Below, one piece after another: positions 1-11,317 of a stretch of 64,000 nucleotides of DNA. The translations under genes were made by a program, and so were the position numbers. Within the stretch, counting starts at the first letter, position 1, and every line of letters begins with the position of its first letter. The notes under the pieces are model-generated. The model worked only from the letters and a program-made list of their open reading frames with translations. It ran no database searches and was not told the origin of the DNA. The stretch comes from an uncultured Spirochaetota bacterium (GTDB taxonomy: Bacteria > Spirochaetota > Spirochaetia > SZUA-6 > Fen-1364), in contig CAWAHW010000005.1 in the NCBI GenBank assembly GCA_963781885.1, positions 64,001 to 128,000 on the forward strand, given 5' to 3'.

Positions 1-35
1 TGCTCACGGAGCAGATCGTCAGGAGCTTCAAATGA
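1..35 (+). CDS. fliP: Flagellar export protein FliP, 3' end (partial)
   Basis: Frame from position 3 reads LTEQIVRSFK*, like a FliP C-terminus; stop overlaps the fliQ ATG (ATGA). Confidence 0.7.
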   Translation, partial: LTEQIVRSFK

Positions 36-295
36 GCATGGGCATGGCGCTGCAGCTCGTGCGGGAAGGGGTCCTGGAGACCCTGCTGGTCGCCGGACCG
101 ATCCTCCTCATCGCGATGGCGGTCGGCCTGATCGTGGCGATCCTCCAGGCAACCACCTCCATCCAGGAACAGACCCTCTCCTTCGTGCCGAAAATGGCCG
201 CCATCCTCATCGGTCTCGTTCTGCTGGGAAGGTTCCTGCTGGATAGCCTCGTGGGCTACACCCATCGGCTGTTTTCAATGATACCGAACATATGA
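32..295 (+). CDS. fliQ: Flagellar export protein FliQ
   Basis: 87 aa hydrophobic protein with QATTSIQEQTLSFVPK signature. Confidence 0.97.
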   Translation: MSMGMALQLVREGVLETLLVAGPILLIAMAVGLIVAILQATTSIQEQTLSFVPKMAAILIGLVLLGRFLLDSLVGYTHRLFSMIPNI

Positions 296-1083
296 TCGAA
301 GCGCTGACGGGAAACGTCCAGCTCTACCTCCTCGTCTTCTTCCGCATCATCGCGATGGTGGAGCTCACGCCGCTCATCTCCTCTTCATCCATCCCCCAGA
401 TCGCGAAGGTCGGGATGGCCCTCTTCCTCTCCGCGGCCGTGTTCCCGTCGGTGCTCGCGTCCCACTACACGATTCCCTCCAATATCGTCGACTACGCCCT
501 GCTCGTGCTGGGCGAGGTGGGCATCGGGCTTCTCATCGGGTTTCTTCTGAACCTGATCTTTTCCGCGTTCCAGCTCGCCGGGCAGTTCTTCTCCCTCCAG
601 ATGGGCTTCAGCGCGTCGGAGGTCTTCGATCCGCTCTCCCAGGTGGAAATTCCGCTCATGGGAGAGTTCCTCAACATGATCGCCATGCTCGTCTTCATCA
701 CGACCTCGGGCATGGGAAAGTTCCTGCTCGTCGGCGTGCAGCGTTCCTTCCAGTACCTGCGCGCCGTGGACCTCGTCACGCACCGTGAGGGCATCATGGC
801 GCTCCTGATCAGCGGCCTCCAGGGTCTGTTCACGAGCGCGCTCACGATCTCTTTCCCCATCCTCGGAACGCTGCTGCTCGTCTCCGTCGCCATGGGGCTC
901 ATGGCGCGCGCGGCGCCGCAGATGGACATCCTCACGATGGGCTTCCCCGTCTCCATCGGCGTGTCGTTCCTCCTGCTTTTCGCGACAATGCCCTATCTCA
1001 TGACGGCGATGGAGCGCATCATCGACGGCAGCTTCCAGACCCTCGGCGCGTTCATCACCCAGGTGGGGAGCCTGCGGCGATGA
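292..1083 (+). CDS. fliR: Flagellar export protein FliR
   Basis: 263 aa membrane protein, AGQFFSLQMGF and RAAPQMDIL motifs, between fliQ and flhB. Confidence 0.96.
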   Translation: MIEALTGNVQLYLLVFFRIIAMVELTPLISSSSIPQIAKVGMALFLSAAVFPSVLASHYTIPSNIVDYALLVLGEVGIGLLIGFLLNLIFSAFQLAGQFFSLQMGFSASEVFDPLSQVEIPLMGEFLNMIAMLVFITTSGMGKFLLVGVQRSFQYLRAVDLVTHREGIMALLISGLQGLFTSALTISFPILGTLLLVSVAMGLMARAAPQMDILTMGFPVSIGVSFLLLFATMPYLMTAMERIIDGSFQTLGAFITQVGSLRR

Positions 1084-2219
1084 GGCAATACTTCGACGTC
1101 GATCTCCAGTGGTTCGCGGCGGAGGACGAGGGCCGCACCGAGGAGCCTTCCGAGCACAAGATCCGCAAGGCGCGGGAAGAGGGAAAGGTCGCGCGGTCCG
1201 CCGAGGTGAGCTCTTCCCTGGTCCTGTTGGCGGGAATCGCGGCCCTCGGGCTCCTGGGCGAATACATCCTGCGCACGTCGGCCCAGATGATGATTTTTTT
1301 CCTTTCGATTGCCACCAGCCCGAATGCGCTGAATGGCGGGCTCATGCAGGCGTTTCTGAGCTGGCTGGCAAAAATCGTGGTTCCCGTGCTCGTGATAGTC
1401 TTCATTGTTGCGATCGTCGGAAACGTGATCCAGGTGGGTTTTCTCTTCACGGTGAAGCCCATCACGCCGGACTTCAGCCGCATCGTGCCTCGCTTCAGCA
1501 AGTGGATATCGCGCTCCTTCGCCTCCACGGAGGCCCTTTTCAACTTTGCCAAGTCGATCGTGAAGATCGCCGTCGTGGGGCTCATCGGCTACCTGAACAT
1601 CATGGCGGCCCTGCCCCAGCTCCAGATGCTCGCGCTCACCTCTTTCTTCACCGGCGTGTCGCTGATCTCGCGGGTTGCGTTCCGCATCGTCCTGGAGGCC
1701 GCCATCGCGTTTCTTGCATTCTCCGCCGTGGACTACTGGTTCCAGAGACGCCAGCACATGGAGTCCCTGAAGATGTCCAAGCAGGAGGTGAAAGAGGAGC
1801 GCAAGATGTACGAGGGGGACCCGCTCACCCGCAGCCGCCTGCGCGAGCGGATGCGCGAGATCATGCGCCGCACGATGCTGAAGGCGGTCCCCAAGGCGGA
1901 CGTGGTCATCACCAACCCGACGCACTACGCGGTGGCGCTGGAATACAACCGGGCGCTCATGATCGCACCAACCGTGGTGGCCAAGGGCGCGGACGTCGTG
2001 GCGCAGAAGATCAAGGAAGTGGCGCTGGACAACGGCGTTCCCATCATGGAGAACAAGCCGCTTGCGCAGGCGCTCTTCCGCGAGGTGGAAATCGGCGACA
2101 CGATACCCGAGAAGTTCTACGATGCGCTTTCGATCATCCTCGCCGAGGTCTACAAGCTGAACGGCAAGGCAGGGGCCGGAATGTCGCCCGGCGCGGCTTC
2201 TTCGGGGGCAGCAGGATGA
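1080..2219 (+). CDS. flhB: Flagellar export switch protein FlhB
   Basis: RTEEPSEHKIRKAREEG N-terminus and NPTH autocleavage motif. Confidence 0.98.
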   Translation: MRQYFDVDLQWFAAEDEGRTEEPSEHKIRKAREEGKVARSAEVSSSLVLLAGIAALGLLGEYILRTSAQMMIFFLSIATSPNALNGGLMQAFLSWLAKIVVPVLVIVFIVAIVGNVIQVGFLFTVKPITPDFSRIVPRFSKWISRSFASTEALFNFAKSIVKIAVVGLIGYLNIMAALPQLQMLALTSFFTGVSLISRVAFRIVLEAAIAFLAFSAVDYWFQRRQHMESLKMSKQEVKEERKMYEGDPLTRSRLRERMREIMRRTMLKAVPKADVVITNPTHYAVALEYNRALMIAPTVVAKGADVVAQKIKEVALDNGVPIMENKPLAQALFREVEIGDTIPEKFYDALSIILAEVYKLNGKAGAGMSPGAASSGAAG

Positions 2220-2255
2220 GAGCGGCCGTCGCAGTGCGGCGATTGGAGAGGGAAA

Positions 2256-4341
2256 ATGGCTGACGCGCGTGCGGTTGTCGGGAACCTCTGGAGCCAGCGG
2301 AGCGACGTTCTGGTGGCCGTCTTCGTGGTGGTCATCATCATGATGCTCCTGATCCCGCTTCCCGCGGTGCTCCTGGACGTCTTCATGGCGGTCAACCTCG
2401 TGATCGGTCTCCTTGTCATCCTCACCGTGCTCTACACCCGGCACGCGCTGGAGTTCTCGGTATTCCCCACGCTGCTCCTGATCGCCACGGTCTTCGGGCT
2501 TGCCCTCAATGTCTCCTCGACCCGGCTCATCCTGTCCAAGGGCCACGAGTTCAATGGGCACATCGTGCGCGCTTTCGCCACGTTCGTGGTCGGCACGAAG
2601 GGCGTCGAAGGCTACGTCATCGGCATCATCATCTTCATCATCATCATCGCCGTGCAGTTCATCGTCATCACGAAGGGCGCGACGCGCGTCGCCGAGGTGG
2701 CGGCGCGGTTCACCCTCGATGCGCTCCCCGGCAAGCAGATGGCCATCGAGGCGGAGTACAATTCCGGCCTCCTCACCGAGGAGGAGGCGACGCGGAAGAA
2801 GAACGACCTGCAGCGCGAGGCGGATTTTTACGGTTCCATGGACGGTGCCTCGAAGTTCATCTCCGGCAGCGTCCGCATCGGCATCCTGATCTTCGTGGTC
2901 CAGATCGTCGGCGGGTTGATCGTCGGCATGACCCTGCACGGCGAGGACTGGACGACGGCGCTGGACACGTACATCTCCCTTTCCATCGGCGACGGTCTGG
3001 TCACGCAGCTCCCGGCGCTCCTCATCTCCACGGCAACGGGCATCATCGTCACGCGCGCCATCTCCGACTCGTCCTTCGGCAAGGACATCACGAAGCAGTT
3101 CTCCAGCCAGTCGAGGCCCTATCTGATTTCCGCGGCCTTCCTCGTCCTTCTCTCCTTCCTCCCCGGCTTCCCCTGGTATGTGCTCATTCCCATGGCTCTC
3201 CTCATCGGGGCGCTGGGCCTTTCGCTCACGCGGAAGCAGATCGCGGAGGAGGAGAAGACGCGGACCCGGGAGGTGGCGGACAAGGAAAAGGCGGCTCCCG
3301 CGGAGATATCCCCCGTCGTGCCTTTGGATCCATTGTCGCTGGAGATCGGCTACGGGCTCATCCCGCTTGTGGACAAGGAGCAGGGGGCCGAGCTGCTGGA
3401 CCGCATCACGCGCATCAGGCGCGAATCGGCCCTGGAGCTCGGCCTCGTGGTCCCCCGCATACGGATCATCGACAACATGCGCCTGGAGCCCGCGGAGTAT
3501 TCGTTCAAGATACGCGGCGTCGAGGTGGGGCGCGGCCGCATCAAGATGGCGCACTACCTGGCCATCCAGCCGGGCAAGGCCACCGAGGAGATCCCCGGAG
3601 AAGCCACGCGGGACCCGGCCTTCGGTCTTCCCGCGGTCTGGATCACCGACGAGGACAGGGAGCGCGCGGAGAGGCTGGGGTACACCGTCGTCGATCCCCC
3701 TTCCATCATCGCCACGCACCTCACGGAGATCATCAAGCGCTATGCCGCGGAGATACTCGGACGGCAGGAGGTGCAGTCCATCCTGGACACGCTGAAGAAC
3801 GACTACCCGGCGGTGGTGGACGAGGTGAAGAAGGCGCTGGGCATCGGGGAGATCCAGAAGGTGCTCCAGGGGCTCCTCGCCGAGCGCGTCTCCGTGCGGA
3901 ACATGGTGGCCATCCTGGAGACCCTTGCCGACTACGGCCCGGTCACGAAGGACATCGGCTTCCTCATCGAGAAGGTGCGCCAGGCGCTGGGACGCCAGAT
4001 ACTGCCTGCAATACTGCGACGAGAAGAAGGTCCTCCGCGTGCTCACCATCGAGCCGTCGCTGGAAAAGAAGATCATCGATTCGCGCCTCGAGACGAATCG
4101 CGGCATCGTCTCGGGGCTGGACCCGGCCCTGCACCGCAAGTGGATCACGGCGCTCACCAACGGCGTGAAGGCCGTGCAGGAGCAGGGTTTCCACGAGGTC
4201 GTGCTCTGCTCGGAGGCGGCGCGGCCGCTCGTGAAGTCGGGCAGCGCGCGTGAAATCCCGCACCTGGCGGTCATCTCGAGCCTCGAGGTGGCGCCCGACG
4301 TCACCGTCGAGTCTCTTGGCGAGATTCGCATCGAAGGATAG
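2256..4341 (+). CDS. flhA: Flagellar export gate protein FlhA (one apparent frameshift near 4002)
   Basis: FHIPEP-family motif RVAEVAARFTLDALPGKQMAI; C-terminus continues in ORF 3925..4341 if one extra C is removed at 'ata c tgc ctg'. Confidence 0.96.
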
Positions 4342-4358
4342 GCAGGAGCGACCACGGC

Positions 4359-5582
4359 ATGCAGTACTTCACCGTTCAGGGACGTTCGAACCGCGAGGCG
4401 ATTGAGAAGATGAAGGGGCTCTACGGCGAGGATGCCCGGATCCTCACCCACCGCTCCGTCCGCATGGGCGGCTTTCTCGGTCTTTTTGCCGCGGAAGGTG
4501 TCGAGGTGACCGGCTACCTGTCGGAGGACGGGAGCAAGAGGAGGAAGGCCGAGGTGGAGGAAGAGAAGAAGAAGATCCTCGACGGGGTGAAAAAGGAGCA
4601 GAGCTTCCAGGTGCTCCTGAAGGAGATCCAGGACCTGCGCGAGGCGATGGAAAACAGGCCCACCCCTGCCCCGGTGCATGTCGTGGAAGAGCATCCCTCG
4701 CTCCGCCAGCTCGAGGAGCTGCTTGCCGCCAACGAGTTTGCGCCCGACTTCATCGCGGCGATCAAGGACCGCGCGCGCAAGGAGTTCTCACTCGACGCGC
4801 TGGAGAATTACGCGCTCCTGCAGAACGCGGCGGTCGGCTGGATCGGGGAAAAGATCGAGGTCGATCCGCCGCTGCGCTTCGCCGGCAGGGGCGGCAAGAT
4901 CGTGATCATCGTGGGGCCGACGGGCGTCGGCAAGACAACGACCATTGCGAAGCTCGCGGCGATCTACGGGATCGGCGAGGGCAGGACGCCCGGCCGGTCG
5001 GTGCGCATCATCACGATCGACAATTACCGCATCGCGGCGAAGCAGCAGATCGAGACGTACGCCGAGATCATGCGGATCCCCGTGAGCCTCGTGGAGAGCG
5101 CCGCCGAGCTCCAGAAGACGCTCACCCTCTACCAGGACACCGATCTCATCCTCGTGGACACGATCGGCAGGAGCCCGCGGGACCTTGCGAAGCTCGCCGA
5201 GATGAAGGAGATCCTGTCCTCCTGCGGCAGCCAGGCCTCGGTCTACCTCGCCCTGGCGGCGACCACGAAGGCGAGCGACACCGAGGAGATCCTGCGCCAG
5301 TTCGCGCCTTTCGGCTTCCGCTCGATCATCCTCACGAAGCTCGACGAGACGATGCGCATCGGCAACGTCATTTCCTGTCTCTCGCGGCAGCGCAAGCCCG
5401 TCGCGTATCTCTGCGACGGCCAGGGCGTTCCGCAGGATCTCGAGGAGGCGACAGTCGTACGCCTGCTCATGAACATGGAAGGCTTCAGGATCGATCGGGC
5501 GACGCTGGAGGCGCGGTTCCCGAGCGCGGGCAACGCGTCCTTGGTCGACACGGCCGCCGCGGCGAGAGGGAAAGGGAACTAA
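4359..5582 (+). CDS. flhF: SRP-type GTPase FlhF
   Basis: [28 protein letters not shown] and GQGVPQD motifs. Confidence 0.97.
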   Translation: MQYFTVQGRSNREAIEKMKGLYGEDARILTHRSVRMGGFLGLFAAEGVEVTGYLSEDGSKRRKAEVEEEKKKILDGVKKEQSFQVLLKEIQDLREAMENRPTPAPVHVVEEHPSLRQLEELLAANEFAPDFIAAIKDRARKEFSLDALENYALLQNAAVGWIGEKIEVDPPLRFAGRGGKIVIIVGPTGVGKTTTIAKLAAIYGIGEGRTPGRSVRIITIDNYRIAAKQQIETYAEIMRIPVSLVESAAELQKTLTLYQDTDLILVDTIGRSPRDLAKLAEMKEILSSCGSQASVYLALAATTKASDTEEILRQFAPFGFRSIILTKLDETMRIGNVISCLSRQRKPVAYLCDGQGVPQDLEEATVVRLLMNMEGFRIDRATLEARFPSAGNASLVDTAAAARGKGN

Positions 5583-5584
5583 AG

Positions 5585-6514
5585 ATGGCAGATCAGGCGG
5601 AAAAGCTGAGAGAGCTCGTCGGGGGAAACCTCACGCGGCCGGGCGGCGGTGAAGAGGCAGCGCCGGGCAACGCGCCCGCGCAAAGGCCGGTTGCAGCGAG
5701 GGCCGAGGGCAAGACGGGCACGCGCATCATTGCCGTTTCCAGCGGCAAGGGAGGCGTCGGCAAGACAAATATCGCGATCAACCTCGCCCTTGCGTACGCG
5801 CAGACGGGGAAAAAGGTCATCGTCATGGATGCCGACCTCGGGCTCGCGAACGTGAACGTCGTGCTCGGCGTCATCCCGCGCTACAACCTCTACCATCTCA
5901 TTCGCAAGCAGAAGACCCTTTCCGAGATACTCGTGGATACAAGCTACGGCATCCAGATCATTGCGGGCGCGTCGGGCTTCTCCAAGATCGCCAACCTCAA
6001 TGAGGAGGAACGACGCGATTTCATCGCCGAGCTGGCGGCGCTGTCGAATGCCGACGTGCTCATCATCGACTGCGCGGCGGGCGTCTCCAACAACGTCATC
6101 TCTTTCATCGCCGCCGCCGACGACGCGCTGATCGTCACGACGCCCGAGCCCACGGCCATCACCGACGCCTATGGCATCATCAAGATCATTGCCACGGAGA
6201 TCGAAAATCTCGACCTCGGGCTGAAGCTGATCGTCAACCGCGTGAAATCCGTCGTGGAAGGAAAAAAAGTCGCCGAACGCGTGATCACCATTGCCGGGCA
6301 ATTCCTGAATCTGAAGGTGGATTATCTGGGATTTGTCTACGACGACCCGGTCGTGCACACATCGGTCGTGCGGCAGAAACCCTTCCTGATCCTGGAGCCG
6401 AAGTCCAAGGCAGCGCAATGCATCCGCCACCTCGTGGGCAGACTCGAAAACTACGATTACCGGGATGGAAAGGGAATCCCGACCTTTCTGAAAAAGCTCT
6501 TCGGGTCGAAATAG
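5585..6514 (+). CDS. flhG: MinD-like ATPase FlhG/FleN
   Basis: [10 protein letters not shown]-terminus, SGKGGVGKT deviant Walker [21 protein letters not shown]. Confidence 0.96.
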   Translation: MADQAEKLRELVGGNLTRPGGGEEAAPGNAPAQRPVAARAEGKTGTRIIAVSSGKGGVGKTNIAINLALAYAQTGKKVIVMDADLGLANVNVVLGVIPRYNLYHLIRKQKTLSEILVDTSYGIQIIAGASGFSKIANLNEEERRDFIAELAALSNADVLIIDCAAGVSNNVISFIAAADDALIVTTPEPTAITDAYGIIKIIATEIENLDLGLKLIVNRVKSVVEGKKVAERVITIAGQFLNLKVDYLGFVYDDPVVHTSVVRQKPFLILEPKSKAAQCIRHLVGRLENYDYRDGKGIPTFLKKLFGSK

Positions 6515-6560
6515 GAGGTGCGAAACGGAGCATGCAATGGGCGGCGACGGGGCCATATTG

Positions 6561-6589
6561 TTGACTCTGGATGCCGTTTCCCCTACTGT
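6561..6589 (+). promoter_or_regulatory. Sigma70-type promoter upstream of orf-fliA
   Basis: TTGACT-N17-TACTGT in the flhG/orf intergenic gap. Confidence 0.6.
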
Positions 6590-6616
6590 TAGCATGAAGG
6601 ACGGTATCGAAGGCAC

Positions 6617-7404
6617 ATGGAAGCCCGCCCGGTGATGGACTTCGCCAGGGAAAACTGGAAAATAGCCGCGGCGTGCGCGCTGGGGGCTTTCCTTCTCTCC
6701 CTGCTCATCGGGTTGATCGCCCGCAACCCGTTCGGCGTCGCCCTCCTTCGCGCGTTTCTCCTCTGTCTTCTTTTTGCCGGCCTCGGTGTCGGTGCGCGCC
6801 TCGTGGCGCGGGCATACCTGCCGGAGCTGGTTGCCGGCCCGCAGGGAGCGCGGCCGGAAACCGAATCGACCCGCGGTCGGAACATCGACATCGTGCTGCC
6901 GGAAGAGGATGGCGCGCCGCGCCAGGATTCCCGCGGAGATGGCCGGCCATCCGGCAGAGCGCGCGGTGAGGCGGCCCCGGGCGATGCCGTGGGATTGGAT
7001 GAAGGGCCGGGGATTCGGAGGGGCCTGCAGAGGAGGTTGTTTCGCGTTCGGAGGAGCAGGCCCTGGGAGAGATCGCGGACGAGCTGGCGGAGGAGCTGCC
7101 CTCCGCGACCGAGCAGCCTGGACAGGAGTCGGAGGAGTTGCCGGGTCTTGACGGGTCGGAGCAGGGGACCAAGCCGCTCTCGGCGAACGAGGACCTTGAC
7201 GATCTTCCCGACATCTCGAACCTGGAAATGGCGGCCGAGGAGCCGCGGGGAATGGCCGGTGGGAGCGTCGGGGGAAGGGGCCCGCGAGGGGCATCCCCGG
7301 GAGAGAAGCCCGGCGACGCACTCCGTGGAGCCGTGAGCGGGCAGGATCCCGCCACGATTGCCAGGGCCATCCGGACGGTCCTGAAAAAGGATGAAAAAGG
7401 ATAG
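6617..7404 (+). CDS. Membrane-anchored acidic hypothetical protein upstream of fliA (apparent frameshift near 7008)
   Basis: Two N-terminal TM segments; acidic low-complexity frame ending [20 protein letters not shown] in ORF 7138..7404. Confidence 0.75.
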
Positions 7405-8200
7405 CGCGGATATGGCCGAAACCCTCTGGGATGGAAAGTCCGAAGAAGAGCTCTGGAAGATCTACCGAAAGGGCCGCGACCAGAAGCTGCGCGATTTCTT
7501 CGTGCGACAATACGCGCCCCTCGTGAAATACGTCGCCGGCAAGATCGCCATGGGCATGCCCCAGAATGTCGAATTCGACGACCTCGTGGGTTTCGGGGTT
7601 TTCGGGCTCTTCGACGCGATCGACAAGTTCGACCCCGGCAAGCACGTGAAGTTCAAGACCTATGCCGTCACGCGCATCCGCGGGGCCATCTTCGACGAGC
7701 TGCGGACCATCGACTGGGTGCCGCGTTCCGTGCGGCAGAAGGCCCGCGAGGTGGAGGAGACGGTGCGGCGCCTCGAATCCTCCCTCGGCCGCGCCGCCTC
7801 TGACGAGGAAATCGCTTCCGGCATGTCGATGGACGTCAAGGAGTTCCAGCAGATGATGCTGAAGATCAGCGGGACCTCCATGCTGTCGCTTCACGACATC
7901 TGGTACACGGGAGAGGACAACGACAAGATCTCCATCGCGGAAAGCATTGAAAGTCCGGGCAGCCTCAACCCCGACACCATCGTCGAAAAGGAAGAGATCA
8001 AGCGCGTCATCGTGGATGCGATCAAGGAGCTGCCGGAGAAGGAGAAGAAGGTTCTCGTTCTCTACTATTATGAAGACCTGACGCTCAAGGAGATCGGCGA
8101 GGTGCTCGCGGTCACGGAGAGCCGGGTGTCGCAGCTGCACACGAAGGCCGTGATGCGGCTTCGTGCCAAGCTCACGAGCTTCAAGAGAGGAATCGTGTAG
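7391..8200 (+). CDS. fliA: RNA polymerase sigma28 factor FliA/WhiG (start may be ATG 7412)
   Basis: [56 protein letters not shown]. Confidence 0.97.
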   Translation: MKKDSADMAETLWDGKSEEELWKIYRKGRDQKLRDFFVRQYAPLVKYVAGKIAMGMPQNVEFDDLVGFGVFGLFDAIDKFDPGKHVKFKTYAVTRIRGAIFDELRTIDWVPRSVRQKAREVEETVRRLESSLGRAASDEEIASGMSMDVKEFQQMMLKISGTSMLSLHDIWYTGEDNDKISIAESIESPGSLNPDTIVEKEEIKRVIVDAIKELPEKEKKVLVLYYYEDLTLKEIGEVLAVTESRVSQLHTKAVMRLRAKLTSFKRGIV

Positions 8201-8205
8201 AGCAA

Positions 8206-10216
8206 ATGCGCGGAGGAACGGGATCACCGCCCCCTGCCGAGACGTCCGCCCGTGCAGCGTCCGGCCGCATCAACCTGGAAGAGCTCCAGGAATACATGCG
8301 CCGGCAATCGGAAGAAGACAAGAAAAACCGCACCATCACGGTGGAAGGCGACACCGTCCCCGATGCACTGAAGAAGGCCTCCATCGAGCTGGGCCTCCCG
8401 GTCTCCAGTCTCGAATACGAGGTGCTGCGCCGCGGGAGCGGCGGCACGCTCGGGCTGGGCCGCGCCGCCTGGAAGCTCTCCGTTTACGAGCGGTCGAAGG
8501 TCGTGAAGACGAGCGTCGAATCGGAGGAGGAGGCGCGGCGCGAGGCCGAGCGCGCCGCCCAGGCGCCGGAGAAGCCCAAGGACCTGTCGGGCGAGGTCTT
8601 TGTCAAAGTGTCCGGCGACGGCGCGTTCCTGCGGGTGACCCGGCCGCAGGGCAAGGGCCCGCGTGCGACCGAAATCATGGCCCTGGAGCGTTTAGCGATC
8701 CGTGGGATTGCGAGCTTCGACGCCGCCCTGGTGTCCCGCATCGTGAAGCACGCGGACGGAGAGTTCGTCCGGGTCGCCGACGTACAGTACAACCCGGGCC
8801 ACGACTCCACCGCGTCGATGGATGTCACGGACGGCGCCATGAAGGCGGTGGTGGTCGTCGCGGAGCCCGGACCCGGCGGCGCCGACATCTCCTCCGATTT
8901 CCTCAGATCCTATCTGCAATTCCAATGGCGTCATCCACGGCCTGCGGGAGGACATACTCGAGGAGATCGACACCTCTCCGCGCTATGGCAGGCCCATCGT
9001 CGTGGCGGAGGGCACGCGGGCGCATGACGGCGCGGATGCGCGCATCGAATACAATTTCAAGATGGAGAAGGACGCCGTCACGCTGCGGGAAAAGGACGGC
9101 CGTGTCGATTTCAAGGACATCTCCCACGTGGAGAACGTCGTGGCGGGCCAGCTCCTTGCGCGCAAGATTCCCGCGGAGGCCGGTCAGCCCGGCCGCACGG
9201 TGACCGGCAACACCATTCCCGCCACGAAGGGCAAGGACTGCGACCTCGCCGTGGGAAAGAACGTGAAGCTGTCGGAGGACGGGCTTTCCGCCATGGCGGA
9301 GATCAACGGCCAGGTCCTGCTCATCGGCGGCAAGATCAACGTCGAGCCGATCTATTCCATCCCCGGTGACGTGAATCTCCGCACGGGCAACATCCTTTTC
9401 CTCGGCACGGTGATCGTGAAGGGCAACGTGGAAGACGGCTTCTCCGTGAAGGCCGCGGGAAACATCGAGATTTTCGGGAGCGTCGGCAAATGCCTCATCG
9501 ACGCGGAAGGCGACATCATCGTGCACCAGGGCATCGCCGCGAAGACGGAGGGAAAGATACGCTGCGGCAAGAGCCTGTACTCGAAGTTCATCGAGCACGC
9601 CCACGTCGACGCCGGGGAGTACGTCGTGGTCACCGACGGCATCGTGCATTCATTCGTCGATGCGAACAAGATGATCCTCTGCCAGGGCAAGCGCGCGCAG
9701 ATCGTGGGCGGCCGGCTCCGCGCCTCGGAGGAGATCAATTCCAAGATACTCGGCGCCGTGGGCGGCTCGGAGACGCTGCTCGAGGTCGGATACGATCCCC
9801 GGAGCAAGGAACGGCTCGTGGCCCTGGAGGACGCCAAGAAGGCGGTGGAAAAGTCCCTCGAGGAGGTGGACCTCAACATCAAGACGCTGGAAAACCTCCT
9901 GAAGGTGCAGAAGAAACTCCCGCCGGAAAAGGCGCAGTACCTCTCCGAGCAGAATGAAAAGCGCTCCGAGCTTCTTCGCAAGCTTGATGACTGCATCCAG
10001 GAGATCGGCACGATCAACGCGCACCTCTCCTCGCTCAACACCATCGGCAAGATCTCCGCGTCAGAGCGCGTCTATCCGGGCGTGAAGCTCTCGATCAAGA
10101 ACGCAAGCCTCGCCGTGCGCACGGAGTTCAAGTTCGTCACCTTTTTTCTCCAGGGCGGCGAAGTGAAAGTGACGAAATATGAAGCCTTCGATGAAGAGCT
10201 CATGAGGAGGAAATAG
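8206..10216 (+). CDS. FapA (DUF342) family flagellar assembly protein with N-terminal Jag_N-like domain (apparent frameshift near 8921)
   Basis: TITVEGDTVPDALKKASIELG Jag_N-like start; GRVDFKD, GDVNLRTGNILF.GTVIVKGNVEDGF and VYPGV DUF342 motifs; an extra T splits ORFs 8206 and 9002. Confidence 0.9.
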
Positions 10217-10217
10217 C

Positions 10218-10547
10218 GTGCCGGCGCTGCCCATCGACCTGCAGACGCTCTTCACGCAGACGAACCAGGTCGGCCGCGAGCAGGCGGCCCAGAAGGATGC
10301 GGCGCCGCAGGCCCAGCTCCTCCAGGGCGCGCAGCTCGCCCAGAAGGCCGACCAGCTCGATCACGCCGTGAACGTGACGCGCGAGGAGGACAACGAGGCG
10401 GAGAAGGTGAAGGACCGCTCCAAGCGCGGCGCAGACCGTCGCCGCCGGCAGCCGGGTGCAAAGCGCGCAGCCGCGGCGGTTCCGCCGGCCGCCCCCGCGG
10501 TCGTCAGCGACCCCGACCTCGGTCGCAACGTCGACATCTCCAGCTAA
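10218..10547 (+). CDS. Conserved hypothetical protein downstream of fapA
   Basis: PIDLQ N-terminus and DPDLGRNVDIS C-terminus, typical of small fla-locus proteins; strong SD GAGGAGG. Confidence 0.8.
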   Translation: MPALPIDLQTLFTQTNQVGREQAAQKDAAPQAQLLQGAQLAQKADQLDHAVNVTREEDNEAEKVKDRSKRGADRRRRQPGAKRAAAAVPPAAPAVVSDPDLGRNVDISS

Positions 10548-10549
10548 CC

Positions 10550-11317
10550 ATGTGGTATGCGATTCTCATCATGCTCGTCGTGGACCTCGGCGGGCTCCTC
10601 CTCATTTATGTCCTGTTGCGCGACCGCGTGCGTCGGGTGACGAGCGTCGATTCGCAGATCGCCGACGTGCGTGAGGAGGTGAGCAGGCTCCTCGTCGAGC
10701 TGAATCAGACGACGGACCGCAATGTCGCCCTGCTCGAAGATCGCATCGCCCGCCTCAACGAGTCCCTCGCCGTGGCCGATAAGAAGATAGGTCTGCTTCG
10801 TCGGGAGATTGAAAAGCACGACGTGGGAGCACAGGTTTACAGCAGGCTGGCAGAGGGACGACCGCGCAGCGTGTCGACTGACGCCCAAACGCGCCAGCAA
10901 ATGCTGCAACCGCGCCTGCAAATGCCGCCAGCGGAGGCCGCCGGAATGCCACAACCGCGCCAACAAATGCCGCCAGGAGCGGCCGGGGAGCGCGAGGGAG
11001 TGGCCGCCGGAATGCCGCCAGGCGTGGCCGCGGAGCGCGGTGCCGATGCGTCGGCCGCGGCAGTCGAGTCTGGGCGCACGCCGCGTCAGCCGCTGGCCGT
11101 GGAGCTCTCGGAAAAATCCGAGCCGCGGCAGGAAAGGCGGCGCGACGAGCTGCGGGTCGAATCCCGGGACACAGAGGAGGCCCCTGACCTGCACCAACGC
11201 GTCATGAGCCTCCAGCGCGCGGGATTCTCAAGCGCGCTCATTGCCAGCCGTGTCGGGGTTCCCCGGGGTGAGGTCGAGCTCATCATCTCCCTCGAGCAGC
11301 GGAAGGGACAGGCGTGA
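10550..11317 (+). CDS. Membrane-anchored coiled-coil protein with C-terminal HTH-like tail
   Basis: N-terminal TM, coiled coil, low-complexity repeat linker, C-terminal GFSSALIASRVGVPRGEVELII. Confidence 0.8.
   Translation: MWYAILIMLVVDLGGLLLIYVLLRDRVRRVTSVDSQIADVREEVSRLLVELNQTTDRNVALLEDRIARLNESLAVADKKIGLLRREIEKHDVGAQVYSRLAEGRPRSVSTDAQTRQQMLQPRLQMPPAEAAGMPQPRQQMPPGAAGEREGVAAGMPPGVAAERGADASAAAVESGRTPRQPLAVELSEKSEPRQERRRDELRVESRDTEEAPDLHQRVMSLQRAGFSSALIASRVGVPRGEVELIISLEQRKGQA
10890..11033 (+). repeat. Cluster of degenerate AATGCCGCC-core repeats in a coding linker
   Basis: Five cores near 10899, 10920, 10943, 10965 and 11009; 19-mer aatgccgccaggagcggcc (10966-10984) is identical to the cheA tandem unit. 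Confidence 0.8.

Noticed and set aside
993-8227. Very long antisense ORFs (993..4694, 5579..8227; also 23918..26026, 36538..38565)
   Set aside because: Shadow ORFs caused by high GC3 codon bias opposite well-supported genes
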